Shown here: positions 1 through 9,937 of the stretch, in pieces
How the letters are laid out: the number at the start of each line of letters is the position of its first letter
Numbering within the stretch: position 1 is the first letter of the stretch
IMG/VR virus record: IMGVR_UViG_3300004369_000004
Coordinates: 36,864 to 100,863 of that record
Source: a virus
Strand: one strand, 5' to 3'
DNA: 64,000 nucleotides
The notes under the pieces: generated by a model
Database searches by the model: none
The model's input: the letters and a program-made list of their open reading frames with translations, nothing else
Told to the model about the DNA's origin: nothing
Position numbers and translations under genes: made by a program

Positions 1-3000
1 GAGAAGTTAATTCTAATAGTCTAGCACGTCTAGCATTCATAATAGCATCAAGCTTCTGCAAACCTGCAGTGATATTATCAGGAACTTTTTCTTCACGAGC
101 TTCTTCGCTTACTGGCGGTCTGTCCTCAGATTCGTCTTCTGCGGCTTCTTCAGTAGAAGGTACTTCCTCTGTAGTAGCTGTAGTATTAAAGTCTGTTGTA
201 GGATTCTTAAGTACAACTTTAGTGGCAGTTTTTTCCCATAGTTCTAACTCAGCCAACGCTTCTTGTAGTGAAGAGATTCTAGGACTGTTAGGATTAGTAG
301 ATTCAATTGTTGCAATTTCTGCAACAATCCCAGCCTTTGCCTCATTAAGTTCATCGGTAAAAGCCGATTTATCTTTGTTAGCTAGATAGTTGTTAAGGAT
401 TTGTTTAAGCTTTCTAGCTCTAGCACTATTAGGATTAAAGTGCACATTAACACGATTCCTTAGTATTTCTGCAATTTGTTCAGGAGTCTTATTAGCTGTG
501 ATTCTATCGTAGTATTCTTTTTGAATATCTTTCTTCTCAGAATTACCAGACTCATCTGTTGTATTATCTGCTTGAGATGCTTGAATAGAAAGATCTACCA
601 AATCATCCCTTTGCTCAGTTGGATCTGTGTTAGGGTTACCCTGAGCAGCATCTGAGCTATCATAAGTTCCCGTCTCGGCTAGAGACTGACTACGTTGAAT
701 ACCTCTTTTTGTAATGTATTCGTTTCTAAGAGACTCGAATTCCTCAGGGGTAACGTTAACTTCAACAGTGTCACCAAGTTTTAAGTACTCATTTAACTGA
801 TCAAGACTAAAATAAACTCCTCTATCCATTGCAACCAGAGCCTCAAATGCTCTAGTGAAATCTCCATTTTGATTTCTTGAATCTCTAAGGTTAACAAACA
901 TGTCAGCCATGCTCAAGTTAAAGTTCTCTTGAAGAATGTTATAGAGATCTTGATTTATATGATTTTTATTAAACTCTACCTTACGTATAAAATCAATTAG
1001 CCCTTTAACATCCACCTTCTCTAAGAACATTTGGATATCTGTATTAGCTAACTCCTCTTCAAACTTACTATATTCTTGCTCAGCAGACTTACCAGTTAAC
1101 TCTTCAAATCTTTCCCCATATGCATTAAAGAGTTCTTTTTTTCTACGTAAAGCGCTTTCGTACTTTTTACTCTTAATCTTTTCTATCTCGTCTATATCAT
1201 TCTTAAGATTTGAATAAGATTGAGCAATAGCTTCTGGATTAGTCTCTTCTTTAACTGCATTGATCTTCTCGTTGTACAGATTATTAATGATTTCATCCTT
1301 CTGCTCACGAGACATATTAGCATACTTATCAGCTCTCTGCTCAGTTCTTACAATATCAGTCTCTATATCTTTAATGATATTATTAAGATCTTCTTCTGTG
1401 AATGAAAGATCTTCATCTACTATAAGATTTTGAGCACGTAAAGATTCAATAAGTTCAGGCGTAAGATCTGTTTTATTAACGTTGATCTTACGTGTCTTAT
1501 CTAAGATCTGTCCTAACTTAGTTAGTCTAGTGTGATTTGCAATATCTTCAGGAGTGGCCGTCTCATCTTCAATTTTAGTAGTCAGTACAGCCAAATCAGC
1601 CTTAACAGCATCGTATTGTTCTTGTGCTCTTTGAACTGCTTTAGAGGCTCCTTTATGTGCCGCAAGTTCTGCTCTTTGTTCCTCAGTCATATTTGCAAAA
1701 TCTAGCTGAAGTAGATCATTGCGTTTTACTGCATTTGTAAACAAAGAAAATCTAGTATCCTCATCATTCAAGAAGTCAGGAAGATTAGCCATCTTCTCAA
1801 GCACAGGAATATTTTCATATACAGTCTTAAGTTCTTCTATACGATAAATACCATCTCTGAATTCTTTTTCAGTAATAGCTCCCTCATCATATTCTTTCTT
1901 AAGGTGTGCTCTAAACAACTCTGGATTATTTGCAGCTTCGTAGTTTGATTGATTCTGTAGGTAATCTCTACGTGTAATAGAGTAGTGGCGCATTCCTGCA
2001 TTTAAACCACTATAAAGAAGACCTGCTTTAAAAGACTCTCCCAAAGTTTCCATGACAGCGTCTGAGTCAAACTTTGTTTTCTCTCTACCAATAGCATCAT
2101 ACTCTTCATCGTAGATATGATTAGAAATCAGATATTCTCCAAGAAGCGCCATTTCTTCCTCAAAGCTTTCAAGTAAGTTAAACTTACCAACGTTCTTTAG
2201 AAAGTCTGCCCCACCTCTAACGTAGTTAGTCATAAGCTGAGATCTAGTTAGTTCTAAACCAGCAGCTGTTCTAGCAGAGCCTGCAGTAGTTCTTGTATAT
2301 CCTTTAACTTTAAGACCTCCTACATCAGGAAAACCTATACCTTCAGTTAGACCTTCGTTCAAAGCATGTGCCCAAGCTCTGCTTTTATAATTACCTCCCC
2401 ACTTCTTCTCTTCTTCTACCATCTTAGGATAGGTATTAGCAGTTACGAGTGTAAGAGTAGAAAGACGATCTGCTAATTGTAGTTCTCCAATAACAGGAGC
2501 TTTAATCTTATTAAGCTTATCGTAAGCGCTAAGACCTCCCATAGAAGCAAATCCTCTTCTAAGTAAAGCACTCTCTACAATAATAGGAAGCATGTCTCCT
2601 GTAATAGTCATACCTGACTCAAATAAACCAGACCAGTTATAATCATTACCGTTATCTGAGTTAATAAGAAAGTCAGAAGACATTACTGCATTACCAAACT
2701 TATCATAAGATACAACCTCAGGTGTATAAAAAGCCCTACGAGACAATTGTCTCTCAGCTTCTTTTGCACCCTCAGGAAGATAGGCTGTACCTGTTTTAGA
2801 TACACCATATGCCCAAGCTTCTAGTCTATCTGCAAATGCTCTAAATCCTCCAGAAGTAGCTCCTTTTTCAATACCGTAAAGTTTTTCAAGATTACTTTCT
2901 CTATTTCCTAGAGTGTTTAAAGCCTTTAGATACTCATCTCTTTGATTAGATATAGCCTTATACTCAGTATCTGCTGGATCTTTTAAGTTATTTAAAGTAC

Positions 3001-3922
3001 TGTTAAGGTCTTGTATAGCTAAAGATAAAGCATACTTAGACTTGCTAAGATGTTCTTTCTCAAGATCATACTTAAAGTAATTATCGTCTTTATTAGTAGG
3101 ACTTTGAGTTACTTTACCTCTTAAAGCTTTTCTGTAAGAATCTAAATAGGCTTGGCTGCCTTCTACATTCTCCATCTTAGACCAATCAAACTCTCTACCT
3201 TTATAAGTATCAATTCGATTAGCATCGGGGTCAGCTTCTCTATAGAATTCTGATCCTACTGTATTAAACTTATCTTCTAGTATGTTTGACAGATAAGGAT
3301 TAAATGCATTTTTATCAGTAGTAATGTCAGTTATATTATTAATATCCTGAACCAATTTAGCTACGTCCAAAGATTTTGCTGCTTCAATACCTCTCTTCTG
3401 ATTTAAGTAACTAGAAGCGTATCCATATAACTCGTTAGGAGTAGATACTTTTGATACAGTATCAAAGTCTAGTTTGTCATTTTTAAGAAGATTCTTAGCT
3501 CTATTTTCTTGTTTGTATAAATCAGTGCCTATATAAAAACCTAAACCTTGTCCAAAGTTTTCAAGATATTCTACTTGATCAAACAAGTATTTATTGTCTC
3601 TGCCTGATTCCTTAAGATCTTGAAGCTCTTTAGCTAATAAGTTAAACTCGTCATTTGTTTTAACTGACTCTATTCGATTGTAAAGATCAGAAGCATAAGA
3701 CTCAGGTTTACCTGCTTGAAGACTTAAAGCCGTGATAGAGTTTACATTAAAGTTTCTATTTTTATTTGCTAGTTCTCTAGATTCTTGAGCTGCTTGATAG
3801 TCATTTAAACCATAAGATAAAGTTCTATTAAGCTCTCTCAGAGACTCCTTCTGTTCAGGAGTTTCTTGATTAGAAATACCTAATGCTTGATTACTAAAGT
3901 AACTAAATAAATCGTTAGGCAT
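1..3922 (-). CDS. Giant virion cargo protein, partial (>1300 aa, runs off left edge); position matches the giant cargo / virion RNA polymerase locus of crAss-like phages
   Basis: Absent from the ORF track because no stop falls in the window. ATG at 3922-3920 lies 3 nt after the stop of 3926..5875 and reads MPNDLFSYFSNQALGISNQETPEQKESLRELNRTLSYG...; the frame stayed open wherever I spot-checked. It has Gly/Ala-rich hydrophobic patches and an acidic low-complexity stretch. I saw no RNAP catalytic motif in the visible part. Confidence 0.7.
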   Translation of the reverse strand, partial: MPNDLFSYFSNQALGISNQETPEQKESLRELNRTLSYGLNDYQAAQESRELANKNRNFNVNSITALSLQAGKPESYASDLYNRIESVKTNDEFNLLAKELQDLKESGRDNKYLFDQVEYLENFGQGLGFYIGTDLYKQENRAKNLLKNDKLDFDTVSKVSTPNELYGYASSYLNQKRGIEAAKSLDVAKLVQDINNITDITTDKNAFNPYLSNILEDKFNTVGSEFYREADPDANRIDTYKGREFDWSKMENVEGSQAYLDSYRKALRGKVTQSPTNKDDNYFKYDLEKEHLSKSKYALSLAIQDLNSTLNNLKDPADTEYKAISNQRDEYLKALNTLGNRESNLEKLYGIEKGATSGGFRAFADRLEAWAYGVSKTGTAYLPEGAKEAERQLSRRAFYTPEVVSYDKFGNAVMSSDFLINSDNGNDYNWSGLFESGMTITGDMLPIIVESALLRRGFASMGGLSAYDKLNKIKAPVIGELQLADRLSTLTLVTANTYPKMVEEEKKWGGNYKSRAWAHALNEGLTEGIGFPDVGGLKVKGYTRTTAGSARTAAGLELTRSQLMTNYVRGGADFLKNVGKFNLLESFEEEMALLGEYLISNHIYDEEYDAIGREKTKFDSDAVMETLGESFKAGLLYSGLNAGMRHYSITRRDYLQNQSNYEAANNPELFRAHLKKEYDEGAITEKEFRDGIYRIEELKTVYENIPVLEKMANLPDFLNDEDTRFSLFTNAVKRNDLLQLDFANMTEEQRAELAAHKGASKAVQRAQEQYDAVKADLAVLTTKIEDETATPEDIANHTRLTKLGQILDKTRKINVNKTDLTPELIESLRAQNLIVDEDLSFTEEDLNNIIKDIETDIVRTEQRADKYANMSREQKDEIINNLYNEKINAVKEETNPEAIAQSYSNLKNDIDEIEKIKSKKYESALRRKKELFNAYGERFEELTGKSAEQEYSKFEEELANTDIQMFLEKVDVKGLIDFIRKVEFNKNHINQDLYNILQENFNLSMADMFVNLRDSRNQNGDFTRAFEALVAMDRGVYFSLDQLNEYLKLGDTVEVNVTPEEFESLRNEYITKRGIQRSQSLAETGTYDSSDAAQGNPNTDPTEQRDDLVDLSIQASQADNTTDESGNSEKKDIQKEYYDRITANKTPEQIAEILRNRVNVHFNPNSARARKLKQILNNYLANKDKSAFTDELNEAKAGIVAEIATIESTNPNSPRISSLQEALAELELWEKTATKVVLKNPTTDFNTTATTEEVPSTEEAAEDESEDRPPVSEEAREEKVPDNITAGLQKLDAIMNARRARLLELTS

Positions 3923-3925
3923 AGT

Positions 3926-5875
3926 TTATTCTGGTTTTGCTACTGAAATATCTTGTACTGCTGCTAAAGCTTGGCTAGCATTAGATTTAAAGAAATTACC
4001 TTGGCTATATTGTTGAGCCCATTTAGTTCCATCAGCGTACGTTACATTAACAAAAATGTCTTCACTTTCTTTTTTAGGAACAAAAGTTAATCCTGTACCA
4101 TCTGCATTGTATGTACTAGCAAGGTTAGTTAAACCTCCAGTATAACGAAGATGAACATTAGGATCATAATCACTACTCTGTTTACTAGAGTTAGAGCCTT
4201 TAAATGTACCATTTAAAAGTTGTTGTGTAACATTAGCATTCTTTACATCAGTTTGTTTACCTGACCAGACACTAGCAAAACCAGGTTGGAAGTCGTAAAC
4301 ATCATAAACACTTGCGGCTATTGAAGTCAAGTAATCCATATATTGTTTTGCTACTTCTTGATTAGCTTTAATGATTGCATTTTTAGATTGCTCGGTCAAA
4401 GATGGATCACTATTTAGTTTTTCTTGTAAGGCTGCTTTTTTAGATATTAAATTTAAATATGCTGTCTTATCTTTAGGATCCCAAGTATTATATACAAGCG
4501 CTTGTTTTAAAACTTCTTCAGTTGATTTTTCTCCTAAAAAGTCATTAATACCCGACTGTATTAGTTGTTGATCTATTGTAGAAGTTCCACTTAAACTGCT
4601 ATAGAAGTTACTAAATAAAGTTTTAGGAGCTACTCTTTTCTTTCCATCTTTACCAGTAACCAAAGACTCAGTATTATTTTGCATACCTTTATCCCAAGGA
4701 ATAAATCCTTTTTTTGCAAGATCTGCTTTAACTACTTTAGGGTCCACCTTAGTACCGTCAGCATTCAAACCATTCTTTAAGTTGTACTGTACTTTAGCTT
4801 TATGTAAAGCTAAGCTTTGTGCAGTTTTATACCTAGCTAAGGTATATGGATTTGCTTTAATATCTACTTCTTTTTGTTGGTATGCAAATGCTCCAGCTGC
4901 ATCTGAAAGAAGCTGATCTTGTACATAACTAGCCAACACGTCATCGCTAAGTTGACCATTAGATGCTTGGTTTAATCTGTTTTGAAGTACTTGCTGAGTT
5001 ACTTGTAAGTCTGCAATTTGAGCGTTTAACTTAGTTACTTCAGGAGCATATTCTCCATACTTAGTAATTTTGTTCTGAAGGTCAACTTGAGATTCAGATA
5101 ATCTTTCATTTAACTCATCTACTGCACTAGTAAGATAATCAGTGTAAGATCTAGAGTAGGCTGCTTTGTTTCCTGTCTCAATTAAGTACTGGGCTTCCAT
5201 GCGAAGTTGATTTTTCCCCTGAGCACTTAATGTAGAGTTGTAGGCTTGTTTAAATCTATCAGCTGATACTCCAGTGTATTTATATTTCTTAATCCACTGT
5301 CCTTTTTCGTCTGTTTCATATACTTCCTGAACATCTGGTTTAAGCTTTGATATAAGATCTGCTTTAAGCTTAACTGGTTCATCCGTATAAACGGTATATG
5401 GATTGTAATTTAATTTAGAACCGTACTTACCATCGTTCTGCCAAGCTTGTAATTCTTTAAAAAAGAAATAATCATTTGGAGCAGCCTTCTTAGAAGCGTC
5501 TAACTTTTTGTACTCCTCCATCATTTTGTTATAAGTATCAGTTGATTCTGCTGCTTGTTTAATGACGGGATCATTTACAAGCTGTTTACCTGTATTAAGT
5601 ACAGAAAGAACATTAGATTTAACTGAGAAGTCTAGTCCTGCTTTAGAGTTAATTGCTTTTACAAGCTTAAGAGCTTCTTGGTCAAAGTATTCTTTGTCTT
5701 GAGGTTTAGCCAAAGAATCTCTAATAGTTCTATAGTTGTCTAATTGCTTTTGTACTAAAGCAATACCTTCGTCATAAGACTGCTGTCTATACTGAATACC
5801 TTTCAGAAAATCTTCTGGTGGTAGTGGATCAATATAATCAGGAAGTCTTACTCTTCTGGAACGATGTGATATCAT
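3926..5875 (-). CDS. Putative virion cargo (ejected) protein, 649 aa, largely helical/coiled-coil
   Basis: Long ORF between two other large proteins downstream of the tail muzzle gene, the cargo locus in crAss-like gene order. Confidence 0.6.
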   Translation of the reverse strand: MISHRSRRVRLPDYIDPLPPEDFLKGIQYRQQSYDEGIALVQKQLDNYRTIRDSLAKPQDKEYFDQEALKLVKAINSKAGLDFSVKSNVLSVLNTGKQLVNDPVIKQAAESTDTYNKMMEEYKKLDASKKAAPNDYFFFKELQAWQNDGKYGSKLNYNPYTVYTDEPVKLKADLISKLKPDVQEVYETDEKGQWIKKYKYTGVSADRFKQAYNSTLSAQGKNQLRMEAQYLIETGNKAAYSRSYTDYLTSAVDELNERLSESQVDLQNKITKYGEYAPEVTKLNAQIADLQVTQQVLQNRLNQASNGQLSDDVLASYVQDQLLSDAAGAFAYQQKEVDIKANPYTLARYKTAQSLALHKAKVQYNLKNGLNADGTKVDPKVVKADLAKKGFIPWDKGMQNNTESLVTGKDGKKRVAPKTLFSNFYSSLSGTSTIDQQLIQSGINDFLGEKSTEEVLKQALVYNTWDPKDKTAYLNLISKKAALQEKLNSDPSLTEQSKNAIIKANQEVAKQYMDYLTSIAASVYDVYDFQPGFASVWSGKQTDVKNANVTQQLLNGTFKGSNSSKQSSDYDPNVHLRYTGGLTNLASTYNADGTGLTFVPKKESEDIFVNVTYADGTKWAQQYSQGNFFKSNASQALAAVQDISVAKPE

Positions 5876-5890
5876 GGCTTTACTTGTTGG

Positions 5891-8800
5891 TTATTTTTTC
5901 TTACGGAAACCTCTTACAGACTTTTTCTTTTTAAAAGGATTTAAGTAGTGCTCCATCTCTCCACCCAGCTTCATTCCCCATTGTTGATCAGGTCTGGTAC
6001 CAGGCAAATTTATAGGAGTACTTCCACCAGGAAAACCTGGAGGATTTTGGTTAAATTGAGTTTGATTCCTTTCCCACTGCTGTCTTGCTTCAGGAGTTAG
6101 TACAACAGGAGATTGGGGAGTTGGGGTATCCCAAGCACTCCAATCTCCCTCTTGAGGTTGTTGAGTTTGAGGAGAACCACCTGCAGGTACTTGAGTAGTT
6201 TCTACAGGAGACTCAGAAGTGTTAGTAGGAGGCGCAGGTGTACCAGGTGTAGATGTACTTACAGTTTCAGAACTTGTTTGTCTCCATCCAGTGCTTGCAG
6301 TATAAGGACCTGTTTGAGTAGCACCTGCAGGTACAGTAGAAGTAGTTACACCTGTTGAAGGGCCCCAACTTACGCCAGAAGTGCTATTAGGATTAATTAT
6401 AACCTTACCATCTTTATCCATTGCAAGATTAGGACCATAGTTTTCAAAGAAAAATTCTTTAGTGTTCTCTGACTGATCCCACTTATTTCTGTTGCTAATG
6501 AGAGTATTGATAGCTTCTTGTCTATTTTCTCCTTGTGCAGATTTTGCACCTGCTACTCTCTCATTCATCACACTATCAAGTACATCTGCGTTATAAACGT
6601 CTGCTCTAAACTTAGCATCTGCATTGTACAAGTCAGCTTTCCAACGCCCTTCAGCGTCATAATTTTGTTTTGTTTGAAAAGCATTCTCTTTTGTCTGAAG
6701 TCCTGCAATATAAGCTTGTGTAGGATCTGCACCATAACGCATAGCCGCCATTGCATTGTTATCAGCATCTTGAAGTTGAGATTGAATATTTAATGTCTGA
6801 GGACGCACATAAGGAGCATCTACTTCAGGTAAAACATAGTTGTATGTGTCTTGACCCATTGCATACAATGAAGGAATAGACTGACTAATAGGATAAGGAT
6901 TTCTTACATAGTCAGCTCTTTCAAAGTTTTTAATAATATACTCATTACCTCCTGGAGGTCCTGGAGTTGTAGGAGGGGGAGGTGGCATATCCTCCATATC
7001 AATATCTCCATACCCGTACTTCCTCTGAAGACCTGCAGCGTCAAAATGTTCATATCCTGACATAAGATCATTACCCATAGCAGGTCTGTACTCACTTGAA
7101 CCAAAAGTATTTTCCATACCTCTAGTTACATCTGCATATCTAGACTTATAAAAATCAGGATTCATAATCTGATCTTCTGAAAGTCCCTCAGTATTCATTC
7201 CTATCTGCTCTAGGAAGAATTTTCTATTTTCTTTTTGTTGTGCAGGATCTGTACTAGTAGCAATCTCCATTGCTTCTTGCTCAGATTTACCATCTGCTAT
7301 AGCTTTTTGGTAAGAGATTCTTTGCTCATATACCTCAGGAGTAAATCCTCCTACAAAAGAACCTGTACCTCTTAGCTTTCCCGTATTAGGATCTACCTTA
7401 GAGTATCCAGTAGTACCCATCTGAGTACCAATTTGATACTTATCAGTTCCAAAACCTTTACCTGTCTGATTAATTACAACAGACAAAGCCATCCTATCTT
7501 CGAAGGGGGGTTGAAAATCTCCTGTAATTATAAGCTTACCATCTGCACCTCTTTTCACGGTACCTGCCTTAAGTCCTTCCTCAATAACAGAATTTGCTCT
7601 ATCAAGCTTAGCTTTATTTTCAGGACTTTCAGAAGCCCAGGCCTGTAATTGTTCTCTACCCGACTTAATATCTACTGCACTAGAACTCTTAGTAGTGCTT
7701 ACTCTTTCATAGCCCTGAGGAGTCCACTGTCTAATCTTACCATCTTTAGTAATCACATAGTCTCCTTCTTGAAGATTTTCATCAGTATCTCTTTTAAGCT
7801 GGGTATCTCCAGGAATCTTATAATACTTCTTAGTAGTAGGGTCGTAATACTTGCCATCTTTTTTAGAAACCTGATAATCTGCTCCATCTTGCATATAGTA
7901 TCCACCCTCTTCCATGTTCTTCATAATCTTATGTTGAACGTCAGGAGGTAGAGCTCTAAAGCCAGGGTTGTTAATGCCTCCATCTCTCATGCCAGGTTGT
8001 TGTCTTTCCTGTTCAGTAGGCATAGGTTCTCCAGAAGAGTTACCATTAAGAATTTGTTGATCTCTAAACAACTGATCTAGAATCTGTTGATTTCTGCGAA
8101 CCAGAAGTTGAGCAGTCTGTTTGTCTACCGCAGAAGCAAAAGGATTATCCAAGATTTCTTGGAAATTCTTTAGATCATATCTTTTTGCTAACTCAGCAAA
8201 AGTTCTATTTTTCCACTTATCTGGGTAGTTGTAATTGTAATCATCTTGTTCTTTGTCTTTGAATTTTTCTTTTTGATCTTTCTTAACAAAGAAGTCTAGA
8301 TAATCTAATCCCATACCCATAGAAAGGTCTCCGCCTTCTTGAGCATACTTTTGAACCAAACCAAGTTTTTGCTTAGCTTTCATTTTGTGAAGATCGCTAG
8401 GCTTTAGATGATTAGAAAATACTTTGGTACCTTCGGGGAGAACTGTATTAATTCCTCCATTCTTATGAGAAGGTCCTTTGGCTAATTCAGTAGTACCGTC
8501 AGGAAGAATCAAAAATTCTCCCCCTTCGATCTCCACGTTAGCACCTCTAGAGTTGTTCATAGGAAGTCTGTTATTTAAATTCATGCCATCTTGGGCCATG
8601 ATTGTAGGCTGATATTCTGTACCACCAGAAGTAGTGCGTCCATACATCCAGTTATAGTCATAAAGAGGATTTGAATCTACTCCTCTTTGTTGAATTGCTT
8701 TACTAAGATTTCTGTTTTTTCTAATGTCGTCTTTATAATTTAATACACCACGTACTCCCAACAAGCCCATTGTTGCCATGTCTTGCCAGTTGTTCTTTGT

Positions 8801-9199
8801 GTAATCCCAAGCCTTTTGAAAAAATCCAGGATCCTCAGGCTGAGCAGAATCAGGCTGAATTCCTCTAGTCAATTCATCAGACTTAGAGAATTTCTGCTGC
8901 TCTGTAGGCATATTATAATCAGGGATTTTGTACATATCCTGATCATAAGGAGAAGAAGGACGTTGTACATTAGGCTCCTCTCTTGTAGGACCCCAAGAAA
9001 TATCTTGTCTTCTTTGATCATTAGGATTAGCAAAATCCAACTCATAAGGTTGGTTAGGATTATTATTTACCAACGTACCAGGGGCTGGTGGAGCAGGAGG
9101 ACCTACTACCTCAGCATAAGGATTAGCATCCAAAGGATCTTGTCCCCCTACCTGAAATGATTTCTTGCCAAATTTTTTATATAAGGAATGACGCAACAT
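5891..9199 (-). CDS. Putative virion cargo protein, 1102 aa
   Basis: Contains the VEIEGGE...GPSHKNGGI...VFSNHLK block that I recognise from crAss-like cargo proteins; Pro/Gln/Thr-rich disordered ends; several xQxGG-type motifs; own promoter upstream. Confidence 0.65.
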   Translation of the reverse strand: MLRHSLYKKFGKKSFQVGGQDPLDANPYAEVVGPPAPPAPGTLVNNNPNQPYELDFANPNDQRRQDISWGPTREEPNVQRPSSPYDQDMYKIPDYNMPTEQQKFSKSDELTRGIQPDSAQPEDPGFFQKAWDYTKNNWQDMATMGLLGVRGVLNYKDDIRKNRNLSKAIQQRGVDSNPLYDYNWMYGRTTSGGTEYQPTIMAQDGMNLNNRLPMNNSRGANVEIEGGEFLILPDGTTELAKGPSHKNGGINTVLPEGTKVFSNHLKPSDLHKMKAKQKLGLVQKYAQEGGDLSMGMGLDYLDFFVKKDQKEKFKDKEQDDYNYNYPDKWKNRTFAELAKRYDLKNFQEILDNPFASAVDKQTAQLLVRRNQQILDQLFRDQQILNGNSSGEPMPTEQERQQPGMRDGGINNPGFRALPPDVQHKIMKNMEEGGYYMQDGADYQVSKKDGKYYDPTTKKYYKIPGDTQLKRDTDENLQEGDYVITKDGKIRQWTPQGYERVSTTKSSSAVDIKSGREQLQAWASESPENKAKLDRANSVIEEGLKAGTVKRGADGKLIITGDFQPPFEDRMALSVVINQTGKGFGTDKYQIGTQMGTTGYSKVDPNTGKLRGTGSFVGGFTPEVYEQRISYQKAIADGKSEQEAMEIATSTDPAQQKENRKFFLEQIGMNTEGLSEDQIMNPDFYKSRYADVTRGMENTFGSSEYRPAMGNDLMSGYEHFDAAGLQRKYGYGDIDMEDMPPPPPTTPGPPGGNEYIIKNFERADYVRNPYPISQSIPSLYAMGQDTYNYVLPEVDAPYVRPQTLNIQSQLQDADNNAMAAMRYGADPTQAYIAGLQTKENAFQTKQNYDAEGRWKADLYNADAKFRADVYNADVLDSVMNERVAGAKSAQGENRQEAINTLISNRNKWDQSENTKEFFFENYGPNLAMDKDGKVIINPNSTSGVSWGPSTGVTTSTVPAGATQTGPYTASTGWRQTSSETVSTSTPGTPAPPTNTSESPVETTQVPAGGSPQTQQPQEGDWSAWDTPTPQSPVVLTPEARQQWERNQTQFNQNPPGFPGGSTPINLPGTRPDQQWGMKLGGEMEHYLNPFKKKKSVRGFRKKK

Positions 9200-9268
9200 T
9201 AATTTTAATTTTAAAAGTTATTAATTATAACCTTGAATATTAATAACTGGATGAATTACAGTAGTATA

Positions 9269-9298
9269 CAAATATACAAGATTAATTAAAAAATTCAA
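9269..9298 (-). promoter_or_regulatory. Bacteroidota sigma-70-type promoter (TTG-N19-TATATTTG) for the cargo genes
   Basis: Minus strand reads TTG aattttttaattaatcttg TATATTTG; spacer is exactly 19 nt; 70 nt upstream of the 9199 start. Confidence 0.75.
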
Positions 9299-9301
9299 GC
9301 T

Positions 9302-9442
9302 TTATTTACCTTGACCCCTGTAACGCTTAACGTAGTTCTGACTTGTCTTAGTTTTGCTTGATTTTGTTTTAGCATGTACACCTGGTCTTGCAACCTTAGG
9401 TCTAGGTGTAAAAACACCGCCTTGAGATTTTAACTTTGCCAT
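9302..9442 (-). CDS. Small very basic protein, 46 aa (MAKLKSQGGVFTPRPKVARPGVHAKTKSSKTKTSQNYVKRYRGQGK)
   Basis: Translated by hand (below the track cutoff); ATG at 9442, TAA at 9304-9302; fills the gap in the operon; no acidic residues. Confidence 0.75.
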   Translation of the reverse strand: MAKLKSQGGVFTPRPKVARPGVHAKTKSSKTKTSQNYVKRYRGQGK

Positions 9443-9460
9443 ATTATAAGATATTATTAA

Positions 9461-9937
9461 TTAACATTTCCAACGTCTACGTGCTTGTCTGATTCTAGAA
9501 TTAGGATCATTCTTTGTCTTCTCAGAAGAACGTTTTAATTGACCTAATGATCTTGCACAGTAAGACTTTCTACGTTTAGCTGCAAGCGAGCCTGGTTTAA
9601 CCTTACCAGTTACAGCTGTTTTTAATTTAGATCCAGGATTAGCTTTTCTATAAGCTCTTACTCCCTTTTCTGTCATACCTGCTCCTTCTTTAGTTGGGCG
9701 ATAGTTAGCACCAGGACCCTTTGTTGTATGTCTTATAGTGCCTCCTTTAGCCATGTAAAGAGATTGCAGTTTATTTATCTTAGCACCATGCTTTGCTTTT
9801 CTCCAGGTGCCGCCTTTTGACTTATACCATTTAGCAGCCCAACCATTGGCATAGGCTGATGGATATACATCAAACTTTTGTCTAGCCATAGATTTAGCTC
9901 TAGACCAAAGACTTGGGTTATTAGGTTTATTTGCCAT
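9461..9937 (-). CDS. Small basic two-module protein, 158 aa (N-terminus like the DUF5872 N-half; C-terminus DUF6321-like)
   Basis: PSLWSRAK...KFDVYPSAYANGWAAKWYKSKGGTW and RRKSYCARS...PNSRIRQARRRWKC motifs; family names from memory. Confidence 0.6.
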   Translation of the reverse strand: MANKPNNPSLWSRAKSMARQKFDVYPSAYANGWAAKWYKSKGGTWRKAKHGAKINKLQSLYMAKGGTIRHTTKGPGANYRPTKEGAGMTEKGVRAYRKANPGSKLKTAVTGKVKPGSLAAKRRKSYCARSLGQLKRSSEKTKNDPNSRIRQARRRWKC

